Shown here one piece after another: positions 41,250 to 55,283 of a DNA stretch of 64,000 nt (position 1 is its first letter; each line of letters begins with the position of its first letter). The notes under the pieces were generated by a model. That model was not told the origin of the DNA and did not search any database. It was given only the letters and a program-made list of their open reading frames with translations. The translations under genes were made by a program, and so were the position numbers. This stretch comes from Eledone cirrhosa (Eukaryota): contig OZ024760.1 of NCBI GenBank assembly GCA_964016885.1, positions 2,666,001 through 2,730,000 on the forward strand. Direction: 5' to 3'.

Positions 41250-41443
41250 ATTACTCTATATATACTATTATATTTTCACAGTAAAGGCTTTACCTCACAT
41301 AATATTGAGTCTATGAGATTTTGATATTATTTATTTTGAGAACAATACCTTAACATCAGTATGAGTGGCCAGTTACAGCCAGTTTGAACAGAAAGAGGTG
41401 AGAGAATTCTGGCCAGATATGACTGGTTTAAATACTAAAGGGT
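41250..41443 (+). mobile_element. piggyBac-type MITE, left end lost
   Basis: Matches 31825-32045; ends AAATACTAAAGGG-TTAA. Confidence 0.8.
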
Positions 41444-41556
41444 TAATGTAACTAACTTTCTCATTAAATTGGTGTAAAGTGGTGGATTGGCAAAGTCAGG
41501 AGATCAACAGACAATATGCTTTAGGGAATTTAACAAGAAGGAGGGTGTGGAGGAAG

Positions 41557-41660
41557 AGAAGAAGAAGAAGAAGAAGAAGAAGAAGAAGAAGAAGAAGAAG
41601 AAGAAGAAGAAGAAGAAGGAAAAGAAAAAGAAGGAAAAGAAAAAGAAGAAGAAGAAGAAT
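41557..41660. repeat. (AAG)n microsatellite
   Basis: Directly visible. Confidence 0.95.
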
Positions 41661-42341
41661 GGCTTATGGCCACCTTACCACTGCCACCCCACCACCACCA
41701 CCACCTCAAGTCAATTTGGGACAAGAATCACAGATAAGAACAGTCAATGATAAAGAAAGAAAACCAAATAAAGAACGCAATAACAAAAACTATATATGTA
41801 TCATCATCATCATTTTACACATATATATATATATACATACATATATACATACACATACATACATATATACATATATATATATATACACATATATATAACT
41901 ATATAAAATACTGAACACTAAATGTAAAGTGACGTCCACTGAAACTGTTTTTGCCCCAAAACAGTTTTTATTTCTCAATTTGTTCTTTTACTAAACGATT
42001 TACCTGGAATTTCTCCAAAAAACTTAGTCTTCTTCTTAATGTACAAATTTGGTTTTCTATGTCCAATATTTTTTCTTTGTTTTTTTTTTCTTTGTTTATT
42101 TTCCTTTGTTTTATCTTTATATTTATTTCATTTCATTTTATTTTATTTGGATCGTTTACAAACATCCTTGTCATTTAATCTAGAAATGGAGAGGATGGGT
42201 GAAAGGGCTAGAGAGAGATGGTGAGAGATAGGAGGGAGTGAGAGGGAGTATGAGAGGAGGGAGTATGAGAGAAAGGAGAGAGAGAAAGGTGAGTGAATGA
42301 GGGAGAGTGTTAATGTATATATATATATATATATATATACA

Positions 42342-42900
42342 TAGAATATTTTAATATCGTGAGAGAGTAGAGGTTTAAAGGGATAAGCGATATATGATTA
42401 GTTGCCAAAAGCTGGTGCATTTGTGCTCAATACTTGTGTCTACAGGGTTAAATATCAGAAGCGTTAATATTTAGCGGGCGAGAATATAAGCAGAGCGGTT
42501 ACAAATGAATGGATTACGAAGGAGGATACATACTGTTAGAACATGTTTATACAAAAGCATACATTTCGTTTCGCCCGAAGAGGGCTTCTCAAGGGCATAC
42601 AAGTCTAGAGAGTATTCAGTACAGAACCCAGAAGGGGTTTTAAAAAGTGATAGTCACATCAAAGTTCATTCTTGATTCAAACAGACATGTTGTTATTGTC
42701 ACAAAATCAAGAATGAATGTTTGAATCAAGAATGAACTTTGATGTGACTATCACTTTTTAAAACCCCTTCTGGGTTCTGTACTGAACACTCTCTAGATTT
42801 GTATGCCCTTGAGAAGCCCTCTTCGGGCGAAACGTACGTGGGTGCTTTTGTATAAACATGTTCTAACAGTATGTATCCTCCTTTGTAATCCTTTCATTTA
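42342..42900 (-). mobile_element. Penelope-like terminal remnant with about 180-bp fold-back palindrome
   Basis: Arms about 42503-42683 and 42718-42899; variant hammerhead CTTGAGAA-GCCC-TCTTC-GGGC-GAAAC-GTAC-GT at 42801-42846; GTATTGAGCAC on the minus strand at 42423-42433; (TA)n flanks. Confidence 0.72.
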
Positions 42901-42917
42901 TATATATACATATGCAC

Positions 42918-43098
42918 AGCCCACTCTGTAAATGTGGTTGGCATTCGGAAGGGCATCCAGCCATAGAAAACCAGCCAGAAATACCCCTATATGAGCGAGA
43001 CATGGTCACCTGACACAATTTGCCTTAAAATAGGACCCATCTAACCCATACTGGCTTGGAAGATGAACGTTAATCGATGATGATGATGATGATGATGA
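42918..43098 (+). mobile_element. RTE-derived non-autonomous element
   Basis: GGAAGGGCATCCAGCCATAGAAAA block plus RTE-like tail and (TGA)n. Confidence 0.75.
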
Positions 43099-43173
43099 TA
43101 CACACATACTCATATATATATACATATGTATATATATAAATATACACACACACACGCACTCATATACATGCTT

Positions 43174-43208
<35 letters not shown>

Positions 43209-43289
43209 TTCATATACATGCATATATATATATACACACATTCATATATATATACACATACACACTCATATACATAATAAACACACATG

Positions 43290-43347
<58 letters not shown>

Positions 43348-43399
43348 TACATACATATCTAAAACCATACATACACATATATATATACATTCATTCATA

Positions 43400-43436
<37 letters not shown>

Positions 43437-43439
<3 letters not shown>

Positions 43440-43838
43440 GAGATACCCAATTACACCTCTCAAAGGCGATGACACACGACCATGACCTCTGGCGTCACGC
43501 AGTAATACAGAGTACCAGACCTCCCATGGGTACAAGCTGAAGCATATAGACAATATGCCTCCACACCCTCCCACTGCAAGGTGGTCGTGGAGGTGCCACG
43601 GCAAAAAAAGCACCCAGCCCACACTGTAAAGTGGGGACGTGTAGGCGCCACAGAAAAAGCACCCAGCACTCACTGTAAATGAGGTTGGTGTTTGGAAGGG
43701 CATCCAGCTGTAGAAATCAAGCCAAATCAGTTCCTGTATGAGCAAGGCATGGTCAGCCGACCAGACACTGCCCACAACAGGACAACCCGTCTAACCCATG
43801 CTAGCGTGGAGGAACGGGCGTAAAACGGTGATGATGAT
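43437..43838 (+). mobile_element. RTE-derived non-autonomous element with internal 48-bp repeats
   Basis: Two CACCCAGC.C.CACTGTAAA units, GGAAGGGCATCCAG block, tail ACCCGTCTAACCCATGCTAGCGTGGA..(TGA)n. Confidence 0.75.
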
Positions 43839-43859
43839 TAGGAGACTTGCTTCGTCTCC

Positions 43860-43896
<37 letters not shown>

Positions 43897-43898
<2 letters not shown>

Positions 43899-44170
43899 GG
43901 TGATGTGTTGTTTCCTTGAGCAAGACACTTTATTTCACATTGCTCCAGTTTACTCAGCTGTAGAAATGAGATGATAGGGACTGGGGTCCATATCATTCCA
44001 CTGCAAAGTGGTCGTGGAGGTGCCATGGCAAAAAAGCACCCAGCACTCACTGTAAATGAGGTTGGTGTTAGGAAGGGCATCCAGCTGTAGAAATCAAGCC
44101 AGAATCAGTTCCCGTCCCACCCTGGCAAGCAGGGAAAAAGGGGACGTAAAATGAAGGAATGAAGGAAGGA
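43897..44170 (+). mobile_element. group B SINE, 5'-truncated
   Basis: Core and RTE tail as in 9581-9932; starts at (TA)n. Confidence 0.88.
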
Positions 44171-44191
44171 ATATATATGCACTTTTGTTAA

Positions 44192-44598
44192 CCCTTTAGC
44201 ATTCACATTACTCTATACTTACTATTGTATTTTCACAGTAAACACTTTATAATAATCTCACATTATATTGAATCTAGGGCAGTGAATTGGCAGTATCGGT
44301 ATATGGTTGGATGCCATGCTTTCTAGCATAGAGTTACGTCCCTTTATGGTGTGAGTTCAAATCCCATCGAGGTTAACTTTGCCTTTCATCCTTACAGGGT
44401 CGATAAAATAAAGTACCAGTAATGTACTGGGTAATTGCTGGCCTTGTGCCGAAAGTAGAAACAATTATATTGAATCTACGAGATTGTAATATTATTTATT
44501 TTGAGAACAATACCTTAACATAAGTATGAGCAGCTGGTTTGAACAGAAAGAGATGAGAGAATTTTAGCCTAGATATGGCCGCTTTAAATACTAAAGGG
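44192..44598 (+). mobile_element. piggyBac-type MITE interrupted by a group A SINE (44277-44463)
   Basis: TTAA-CCCTTTAGC...CTAAAGGG; SINE TSD ATTATATTGAATCTA at 44262-44276 and 44464-44478. Confidence 0.88.
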
Positions 44599-44689
44599 TT
44601 CAACAGTGAGGATATATAAAAGGTAACCATGGTTGTTAATAGTAAAAATAATAGTGGTAACAATAGCAACAGGGATAATAATAATAATG

Positions 44690-44897
44690 GCTTCTTATAT
44701 AGGCACAAGGCCAGCAATTTTGGGGAGGGGGAAGTCGATTAAATCGACCCCAGTGCATTACTGGTACTTTATTTTACCGACCCCGTAAGGATGAAAGGCA
44801 AAGTTAACCTCGGCGGGATTTGAACTCAGAACATAAAGGGCCATAACTTTATGCTGCAAAGCATGGTGTCCAACGCTCTACCAATTCTGCCAATCGA
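44690..44897 (-). mobile_element. group A SINE (variant with longer 3' part)
   Basis: Reverse complement of core and head; matches the 20724-20870 subtype. Confidence 0.85.
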
Positions 44898-46273
44898 CTG
44901 TTACAGTAAATTGATTTGTCTGAAAGACAACTGATAAATTGATTATTTTTTTATCTTTGTGACAGTGTAGTGATGTCTATAATTAATTGTTTCTACTTTT
45001 GGCACAAGGCCAGCTATTACCCCAGTGCATTACTGGTACTTTATTTCTATAATTAATGAGTGACAATCTCTAAGAAGGATGCTATAATGTCGCCACTTGG
45101 TGCCACAACAAAAGGGCAGCTTGTCCACAACAAAAGGAAGCCTGTCCACATGGTATCAAAGTGAACTTCTTAACCACACAGCCTGTACACTTTATCAGAT
45201 CAGTTTTGGACACGACTGTAACCTATTTCGAAGGAAAAGCTCAGAGTTATTCAACAATTGAAACAAGAAGATTATTGAACTCATAAATTTCTAGAAAACA
45301 ATTTACCGCTTCCATTCTATCATCGTACAGTTGACATGTCTGTTACTAGGAATAGATCAGACATAAAACATAATCTTAACAACAGAACAGGAAGATCTGT
45401 CTAAACATGGTGAATGAACCAATTTCCTTCAATATTCCTTCTATTATAGTAAAGTAGATTTAACTCACTGTCCTATACCATCTGAAACTACATTAACAAG
45501 ACATTATTTAAAAGTACAAAACAAGAATAGATTGGAGACATAAAAAAATAACATTAACAACAGGAAGATCTGTCTAAATATGGTAAATGGACCACTTTTC
45601 TTTTATATTATTAAAAAGTGGCTTTAACTCGCTGTCCTGTACCATACAAAACCACATTAGCAAGACCTAATTTAAAAGTACAAATCAGCATTTTATAATT
45701 AAAGTTGTAAATCTAACAGTGCAGATTTCCACAACAATCTGCCCACTAATAAAGATACTTAACCCTTTAGCATTTACATTACTCTATATATACATACACT
45801 TTTGTTAAATCGTAGTGCACCTGAGCACTGTACACAATAATTTCATTATTATTTTTATATTAAATAAACAACATTATTCTACCACATTAGCAAGACATTA
45901 TTGAAAAATACAAAACAGTGCTGTGACTGCAGCACATTAAAAATTAAGTTCTTTCCTTTATTTTACTGCAAACGTTCACAACACAATCTGTCTACTAGTA
46001 AAGATACTATAAACATTTGAATTAACAAACCACATGAAACCACATTAGCAAGACATTCTTGAAAAGTACAAAACAGCACTATGACTGCAATTCTTTAAAA
46101 ATTAAAGTTTTTCCTTTAGAACACTGCAAAATGTTCACACCACTCCATCCATTAATAAAGATACTGTAAATATTTGAATTAACAAAATTGTTTTAAAAAT
46201 ATTTTCTGCCAAATAATTACAGGATGTAAAGAATAAATCTTCCCATTTATATTCTGAAAAGATTAAAAGAGAA

Positions 46274-47239
46274 TACAGTTGTCCCCCTGGTATTTGCGGG
46301 GGTTACTTTCCTAGAGCACCTGTAAAGAAAAACTGTGAATATTGGATATGGTTCATAAAAATGCGTATAAACGTCAAAATATAATGTAAAATATAATTTA
46401 AAAAAAAAGAGGGAACGTCTTATGTGGAGGGACATCAAAGAGGCCGGCAAATATTGATTGTCTATCTTCCACGCTAGCATGGGTTAAATAGGTCCCATTG
46501 AGAGATAAGTTGGGTCGGGTGACAGTGTCTCACTCATACAGGGGTGTTTCTGGCTGGTTTTCTATGGCTGGATGCCCTTCCTAACCCCAATCACATTGAT
46601 AGTGTGTGCTGGGTGTTTGTTGCCGTGTCTTCTACAGGTCCACTTTACAGTGTGTGCTGGGTGTTTTGTGCTGTGCCTTCTACACGTCCACTTTACAGTG
46701 AGGGCTGGGTGCGTTTTGCCGTGTCTTCTACACGTCCACTTTACAGTGTGGGCTGGGTGCTTTTTGCTGTGTCTTTTACACATCCACTTTACAGTGAGGG
46801 CTGGGTGCGTTTTGCCGTGTCTTCTACAGGTCCACTTTACAGTGTGTGCTGGGTGCTTTTTGCTGTGTCTTTTACACGTCCACTTTACAGTGAGGGCTGG
46901 GTGCTTTTTGCCGTGTCTTCTACACATCCACTTTACAGTGTGGGCTGGGTGCTTTTTGCTGTGTCTTTTACACGTCCACTTTACAGTGAGGGCTGGGTGC
47001 TTTCTGATGTGTCTTTTACACATCCACTTTACAGTGTGGGCTGGGGGGTCATACTCTACATATGCTTCAGCTTGTGGTTGTTATTAATAATTTAACATTA
47101 AAAATATACATCTCCACGAAAAATGCCATAAATAAAAATCATGGAAATATTTACAATTCCTCAAATATCGGGTGGTTTCCACAAACAATTATTAGTTAGG
47201 TTCTGAGGAAAAGACCAGAAATGCCTGGGATACACTGTA
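46274..47239. mobile_element. pogo/Tigger-like non-autonomous DNA transposon remnant with a nested RTE-derived element
   Basis: Begins TA-CAGTTGTCCCCCTGGTATTTGCGGGGGTTAC and ends ...GGGATACACTG-TA, i.e. degenerate CAGT/ACTG termini with TA. Confidence 0.5.
46465..47085 (-). mobile_element. RTE-derived non-autonomous element containing a 48-bp minisatellite, about 9 copies
   Basis: GGATGCCCTTCCTAAC block followed by unit CCACTTTACAGTGTGGGCTGGGTGCTTTTTGCTGTGTCTTTTACACGT. Confidence 0.85.
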
Positions 47240-47984
47240 CTACAAACATTTAAATTAACAAAATTGTTTTTAAAATATTTTCTGCTAAATTATTACTGAA
47301 TGTAAAGCATAAATCTTCCCAATTATATTCTGAAAAGATTAAAAGAGAATACTTCTACTGTCTTCTTTCTTCTATTTTGTGCGGGTATTAAATCATATTC
47401 CAATGAACAAACTCAGAACTCTAACTTGAAAGAATACCTCAAGTGAAATCTTTCTTCTCTTCTTTTCCACACACATTAATCATACAAACATAATTGTAGA
47501 GTGTTTTAATTTTATTTCATTTGCTCACCATATTAATGAGAATTGATTTTATTTTAAATGTTATTAAAATATTCTGTTTGTTTAAATCCTAATTCTAATT
47601 TGATTAAATTTTAATTTCAATCCTTTTCATCCAAAACCGACTCCGGTTCTAGGGGTGGGGGAAGACAAACCAACAAAAATAACACCTGCTTTATAGAGTT
47701 CCTATTTGAATGAAAATGAATTAAAATAGAGGCAGACAGGGAGGGAGTCAGGCAGAGAGAGAGAGAGAGAGATAGGTAGATAGATAGATTTCTTAGATAG
47801 ATAGAAAGAGAGAAAGAAATAGAAAGATAAATAGGTATAAGCAAAGCATGGTCACCTGACCTAGAATTGCCCACAGCAGGACAACTCGTCTAACCCAAGC
47901 TAGCGTGGAAGAATGGACATAAAACAGTGGTTATGATGATGAAGATGATATATAAATTGATAGAGAGATAGATAAGATAGATTA

Positions 47985-50900
47985 CTACCACTTTACAGAG
48001 TGGAATAGGTACATTTTTGTCATGGCACCAGTACTACCACTTTACAGGGTAGACTGGTACATGTTTGTCATGGCATGAGTACTACAACTTTACAGAGTGG
48101 AATAGGTACATTTTTGTCATGGCACCAGTACTACCACTTTACAGGGTAGACTGGTACATGTTTGTCATGGCACCAGTACTACCACTTTACAGGGTAGACT
48201 GGTACATGTTTGTCATGGCATGAGTACTACAACTTTACAGAGTGGAATAGGTACATTTTTGTCATGGCACCAGTACTACCACTTTACAGGGTAGACTGGT
48301 ACATGTTTGTCATGGCACCAGTACTACCACTTTACAGGGTAGACTGGTACATTTTTGTCATGGCACCAGTACTACCACTTTACAGGGTAGACTGGTACAT
48401 GTTTGTCATGGCACCAGTACTACCACTCTACAGGGTAGACTGGTACATGTTTGTCATGGCACCAGTACTACCACTTTACAGGGTAGACTGGTACATGTTT
48501 GTCATGGCACCAGTACTACTACTTTACAGGGTAGACTGGTACATGTTTGTCATGGCATGAGTACTACAACTTTACAGGGTAGACTGGTACATGTTTGTCA
48601 TGGCATGAGTACTACAACTTTACAGGGTAGACTGATACATGTTTGTCATGGCACCAGTACTACAACTTTACAGGGTAGACTGGTACATGTTTGTCATGGC
48701 ACCAGTACTACTACTTTACAGGGTAGAATGGTACATGTTTGTCATGGCACCAGTACTACTACTTTACAGGGTAGACTGGTACATGTTTGTCATGGCATGA
48801 GTACTACAACTTTACAGGGTAGACTGGTACATGTTTGTCATGGCACCAGTACTACAACTTTACAGGGTAGACTGGTACATGTTTGTCATGGCACCAGTAC
48901 TACTACTTTACAGGGTAGACTGGTACATGTTTGTCATGGCACCAGTACTACTACTTTACAGGGTAGACTGGTACATGTTTGTCATGGCATGAGTACTACA
49001 ACTTTACAGGGTAGACTGGTACATGTTTGTCATGGCACCAGTACTACAACTTTACAGGGTAGACTGGTACATGTTTGTCATGGCACCAGTACTACTACTT
49101 TACAGGGTAGAATGGTACATGTTTGTCATGGCATGAGTACTACCACTTTACAGGGTAGACTGGTACATGTTTGTCATGGCATGAGTACTACCACTTTACA
49201 GGGTAGACTGGTACATGTTTGTCATGGCACCAGTACTACAACTTTACAGGGTAGACTGGTACATGTTTGTCATGGCATGAGTACTACAACTTTACAGGGT
49301 AGACTGGTACATGTTTGTCATGGCATGAGTACTACAACTTTACAGGGTAGACTGGTACATGTTTGTCATGGCACCAGTACTACTACTTTACAGGGTAGAA
49401 TGGTACATGTTTGTCATGGCATGAGTACTACAACTTTACAGGGTAGACTGATACATGTTTGTCATGGCACCAGTACTACAACTTTACAGGGTAGACTGGT
49501 ACATGTTTGTCATGGCATGAGTACTACAACTTTACAGGGTAGACTGATACATGTTTGTCATGGCACCAGTACTACAACTTTACAGGGTAGACTGGTACAT
49601 GTTTGTCATGGCATGAGTACTACAACTTTACAGGGTAGACTGATACATGTTTGTCATGGCACCAGTACTACAACTTTACAGGGTAGACTGGTACATGTTT
49701 GTCATGGCACCAGTACTACTACTTTACAGGGTAGAATGGTACATGTTTGTCATGGCACCAGTACTACTACTTTACAGGGTAGACTGGTACATGTTTGTCA
49801 TGGCATGAGTACTACAACTTTACAGGGTAGACTGGTACATGTTTGTCATGGCACCAGTACTACCACTTTACAGGGTAGACTGGTACATGTTTGTCATGGC
49901 ATGAGTACTACCACTTTACAGGGTAGACTGGTACATGTTTGTCATGGCATGAGTACTACCACTTTACAGGGTAGACTGGTACATGTTTGTCATGGCACCA
50001 GTACTACTACTTTACAGGGTAGACTGGTACATGTTTGTCATGGCACCAGTACTACTACTTTACAGGGTAGACTGGTACATGTTTGTCATGGCACCAGTAC
50101 TACTACTTTACAGGGTAGACTGGTACATGTTTGTCATGGCATGAGTACTACCACTTTACAGGGTAGACTGGTACATGTTTGTCATGGCACCAGTACTACC
50201 ACTTTACAGGGTAGACTGGTACATGTTTGTCATGGCACCAGTACTACCACTTTACAGGGTAGACTGGTACATGTTTGTCATGGCACCAGTACTACCACTT
50301 TACAGGGTAGACTGGTACATGTTTGTCATGGCACCAGTACTACCACTTTACAGGGTAGACTGGTACATGTTTGTCATGGCACCAGTACTACCACTTTACA
50401 GGGTAGACTGGTACATGTTTGTCATGGCATGAGTACTACAACTTTACAGGGTAGACTGGTACATGTTTGTCATGGCATGAGTACTACAACTTTACAGGGT
50501 AGACTGGTACATGTTTGTCATGGCACCAGTACTACCACTTTACAGGGTAGACTGGTACATGTTTGTCATGGCATGAGTACTACCACTTTACAGGGTAGAC
50601 TGGAACATGTTTGTCATGGCATGAGTACTACCACTTTACAGAGTGGAATAGGTACATGTTTGTCATGGCATGAGTACTACCACTGTACAGGGTAGACTGG
50701 TACATGTTTGTCATGGCACCAGTACTACCACTTTACAGGGTAGACTGGTACATGTTTGTCATGGCATGAGTACTACAACTTTACAGGGTAGACTGGTACA
50801 TGTTTGTCATGGCATGAGTACTACCACTTTACAGGGTAGACTGGTACATGTTTGTCATGGCACCAGTACTACAACTTTACAGGGTAGACTGGTACATGTT

Positions 50901-51075
50901 TGTCATGGCACCAGTACTACTACTTTACAGAGTGGAATAGGTACATGTTTGTCATGGCATGAGTACTACCACTTTACAGAGTGGAATAGGTACATGTTTG
51001 TCATGGCACCAGTACTACCACTTTACAGAGTGGAATAGGTACATTTTTGTCATGGCACCAGTACTAACCACTTTC
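47985..51075. repeat. 48-bp tandem satellite, about 64 copies
   Basis: Unit TACTACCACTTTACAGGGTAGACTGGTACATGTTTGTCATGGCACCAG. Confidence 0.98.
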
Positions 51076-51981
51076 AGGTGAAGACTATGACATAACATAA
51101 TATATATAAGCCAATAAAATGACTATCATTTTCTATAAATATCCCGAGCCAATTTTTAAACCTGAATGATTTATTATATTTACAGTATGCCATGAAGAAT
51201 GATAATAATATATTTTGGTACGCAAAACATATTTTCCTATAATTTTTAAATCTTTATAAATATTTATGATTTCAGAAACAGTAAAAAGTTTTTTTCAGCC
51301 CTACAATCAGATTTTGTGTTCACATGTATATATAAATAAATACATATATGCATGTATATATATATGCATATAGACACATACTCATTATGTACATACATAC
51401 ATGGATAGATACATGCATACATATATATATGTGTGATTTTTAATCTTACTTCCACTCAGCTTTTACAGAAAAACAATATTTCGATTTACTTTTCATATAA
51501 ATGTGAGTATATCATCATCATCACCATTTATATATATGTGTGTGTGTGTGTGTGGAATGAAATGTATTGTTTATACCTATGTATGTTTAGCTAGTCGTCT
51601 ACAAAGCTGTATCTCAGGTCATTTAATGATAAGGACCCTAGTCCTATCATGTTGTTACAGCTCACACATAGGTAGGTCTAGCTAGCGTCCAATAAGGTTT
51701 TATCTCATAGGAGATTTCTCAGGTATTTTAATGATAGGGACCCCAGACCTGTCATATTGTTGAGGCTCACACTTATTGCAGGTTTAGCTGACCTTCTACA
51801 AGATTGTATCTCATAGCAGGTTTCTCAAGTGGTTTAGTGATAGGAGAAGACATAGGCTCCATAAGCCATAATGAAAGCTACCTATCTAGGAGACTAGATT
51901 TCCAAATAAAAACTGATACAGAATGGAGAGGACTCTTAAGTCCAGTAAGACAACCTCTCTAGTGTTATATATATATAGTGT

Positions 51982-52063
<82 letters not shown>

Positions 52064-52067
<4 letters not shown>

Positions 52068-52214
52068 ACTGTTTCTACATTAGGCACAAGGCCAGCACTA
52101 CCCAGTGCATTACTGGTACTTTATTTTATCGATCCTTACGGGGTCGATAAAATAAAGTACCAGTAATGCACTGGGTAATTGCTGGCCTTGTGCCTAACGT
52201 AGAAACAGTTATAT
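52064..52214. repeat. palindrome made of two inverted group A SINE 3' halves
   Basis: Arms about 72 bp around loop TTACG at about 52136-52140. Confidence 0.9.
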
Positions 52215-52272
52215 ATATATATATATGTGTGTGTATGTGTGTATGTGTGTGTATATATATATATATGTATGT

Positions 52273-52313
<41 letters not shown>

Positions 52314-52368
52314 CAGATATACAGATATATGTATATGTATAATATGTGTATATACATATATATACGTA

Positions 52369-52693
52369 TTAGTGGTTAGAGCATTGGCCTTGCAATCGAA
52401 AGGTTGTGAGTTCAATTCTCAGACCGGGTGATGTGTTGTTTCCTTGAGCAAGACACTTTATTTCACATTGCTCCAGTTTACTCAGCTGTAGAAATGAGAT
52501 GATAGGGACTGCGGTCCCTATCATTCCACTGCAAAGTGGTCGTGGAGGTGCCACGGCAAAAAAAGCACCCAGCACTCACTGTAAATGAGGTTGGTGTTAG
52601 GAAGAGCATCCAGCTGTAGAAATCAAGCCAGAATCAGTTCCTGTCCCACCCTTGCAATCAGGGAAAAGCAGACGTAAAATAATGATGATGATG
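52369..52693 (+). mobile_element. group B SINE
   Basis: Same structure; (TGA)n tail. Confidence 0.9.
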
Positions 52694-53205
52694 GTTAAAA
52701 TATTGCCAAAAATATATAATAAAACACATTCAGTCAATTCATCGCCTTATACATATATATATATATAAAGAATTATCTAGAATCTTCTTCATGCCATTGT
52801 TTGCCATGTTTCCAAACATTTCGGGATATAAAGTCTTCCAAATAGAATTCTTCACATTAAGTTTAACAATACAGTACACAGTAACATAAATCTTATATAA
52901 ATGGCACATTCCTTGCCAGTTTCTAAATTATAATAGAGGAATTATTATATTGGAAAGTAGCAGCAGACAACCAATAATAATACTAATTATATTATATTAT
53001 ATTATATATTACACCTAGGACTGGCTTTTGAGGGATGTTGTTGATGTTTTGGTTGCAGTGTTATACAAACGAAAACTGAATTTGGACTATGTTGTATATA
53101 TATATATATATATATATATAGGTATGTGTGTGCATGTATGTAAATATATGTAAATATATGTGTGTATACATATATACACATACACACACAGAGGTGTGTG
53201 TAGTG

Positions 53206-53237
<32 letters not shown>

Positions 53238-53288
53238 TATATATACATATATATATATACATATATATATATACATATAAATATGTAC

Positions 53289-53319
<31 letters not shown>

Positions 53320-53643
53320 CACATATATATATATATATACACATATATATATATACATATACATATATATACACATATAAATATATACATATATATATCT
53401 ATACACATATATATATATTTATATACATAAAAAAGATGTATGCATAAAACCGTCTCTCTTATTCATAATATATACATATATAAATATATATATATGTATA
53501 TATATATTATATATATACATATATAAATATATATATATGTATATATATATTATATATATACATATATACATATATAAATATATATATATAAATAAAGTTA
53601 GTTTCAACTAACATAGTGGATACTTAAATGTATTTGTAAGTTT

Positions 53644-53960
53644 TATATCGAATAATAATTGTTTCTACTTTTGGCACAAGGCCAGCAATTACCCAGTACA
53701 TTACTGGTACTTTAATTTATCGACCCCGTAAGGAGGAAAGGCAAAGTTTATCTCGGTGGGATTTGAACTCAGACCATAAAGGGCCGACACTCTATGCTGT
53801 AAAGCTTGGCGTCTGACGCTCTACTGATACTGCCAATCCACCGCTATATCGAATAATAATTGTTTCTACTTTTGGCACAAGGCCAGCAAATTACCCAGTA
53901 GATTACTGGTACTCTATTTTATCGACCCCGTAAGGAGGAAAGGCAAAGTTAACCTCGGCA
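53644..53960 (-). mobile_element. group A SINE plus an adjacent partial copy
   Basis: Full copy about 53661-53844 bounded by TATATCGAATAATAATT repeats; second 3' half follows. Confidence 0.85.
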
Positions 53961-54087
53961 ATAATAATATTTGATCTGTTTGCAAGCAAACTGCCTCATT
54001 GGGCTATGTTTTTAGATGACCATTGCATCCTTTGTTCTAGCAGTGATACAGAGAAACAGTCTACAGTGTTTCTCTCTGTAAACTGTC

Positions 54088-55283
54088 AGAGAAGTTAGAG
54101 AGAGAGGGAGAGAGAAGTTAGAGAGAGAGGGAGAGAGAAGTTAGGGAGAGAGGGAGAGAGAAGTTAGGGAGAGAGGGAGAGAAGTTAGAGAGAGAGGGAG
54201 AGAGAAGTTAGAGAGAGAGGGAGAGAGAAGTTAGAGAGAGAGGGATAGAGAAGTTAGAGAGAGAGGGAGAGAGAAGTTAGAGAGAGAGGGAGAGAGAAGT
54301 TAGAGAGAGAGGGAGAGAGAACTTAGAGAGAGAGGGAGAGAGAACTTAGAGAGAGAGGGAGAGAGAAGTTAGAGAGAGAGGGAGAGAGAAGTTAGAGAGA
54401 GAGGGATAGAGAACTTAGAGAGAGAGGGAGAGAGAAGTTAGAGAGAGAGGGAGAGAGAAGTTAGAGAGAGAGGGAGAGAGAGAAGTTAAAGAGAGAGAGG
54501 GGGAGAGAGAAGTTAAAGAGAGAGAGGGGGAGAGAGAAGTTAAAGAGAGAGAGGGGGAGAGAGAAGTTAAAGAGAGAGAGAGGGAGAGAGAAGAGAGAGA
54601 GAGGGAGAGAGAAGTTAGAGAGAGAGGGAGAGAGAAGTTAAAGAGAGAGAGGGGGAGAGAGAACTTAGGGAGAGAGAGGGAGAGAGAACTTAGGGAGAGA
54701 GAGGGAGAGAGAAGTTAGAGAGAGAGGGAGAGAGAAGTTAGAGAGAGAGGGAGAGAGAAGTTAAAGAGAGAGAGAGGGAGAGAGAAGTTAGAGAGAGAGG
54801 GAGAGAGAACTTAGAGAGAGAGGGAGAGAGAACTTAGAGAGAGAGGGAGAGAGAAGTTAGAGAGAGAGGGAGAGAGAAGTTAGAGAGAGAGGGATAGAGA
54901 ACTTAGAGAGAGAGGGAGAGAGAAGTTAGAGAGAGAGGGAGAGAGAAGTTAGAGAGAGAGGGAGAGAGAGAAGTTAAAGAGAGAGAGGGGGAGAGAGAAG
55001 TTAAAGAGAGAGAGGGGGAGAGAGAAGTTAAAGAGAGAGAGGGGGAGAGAGAAGTTAAAGAGAGAGAGAGGGAGAGAGAAGAGAGAGAGAGGGAGAGAGA
55101 AGTTAGAGAGAGAGGGAGAGAGAAGTTAAAGAGAGAGAGGGGGAGAGAGAACTTAGGGAGAGAGAGGGAGAGAGAACTTAGGGAGAGAGAGGGAGAGAGA
55201 AGTTAGAGAGAGAGGGAGAGAGAAGTTAGAGAGAGAGGGAGAGAGAAGTTAAAGAGAGAGAGAGGGAGAGAGAAGTTAGAGAG
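54088..55283. repeat. GA-rich minisatellite of about 24 bp
   Basis: Unit AGAAGTTAGAGAGAGAGGGAGAG; contains a higher-order duplication of roughly 490 bp. Confidence 0.95.

Noticed and set aside
41479-41898. Poly-Arg or poly-Lys protamine-like ORF
   Set aside because: (AAG)n microsatellite.
48557-50695. 712-aa ORF (STTTLQGRLVHVCHG)n
   Set aside because: 48-bp satellite of probable SINE origin.
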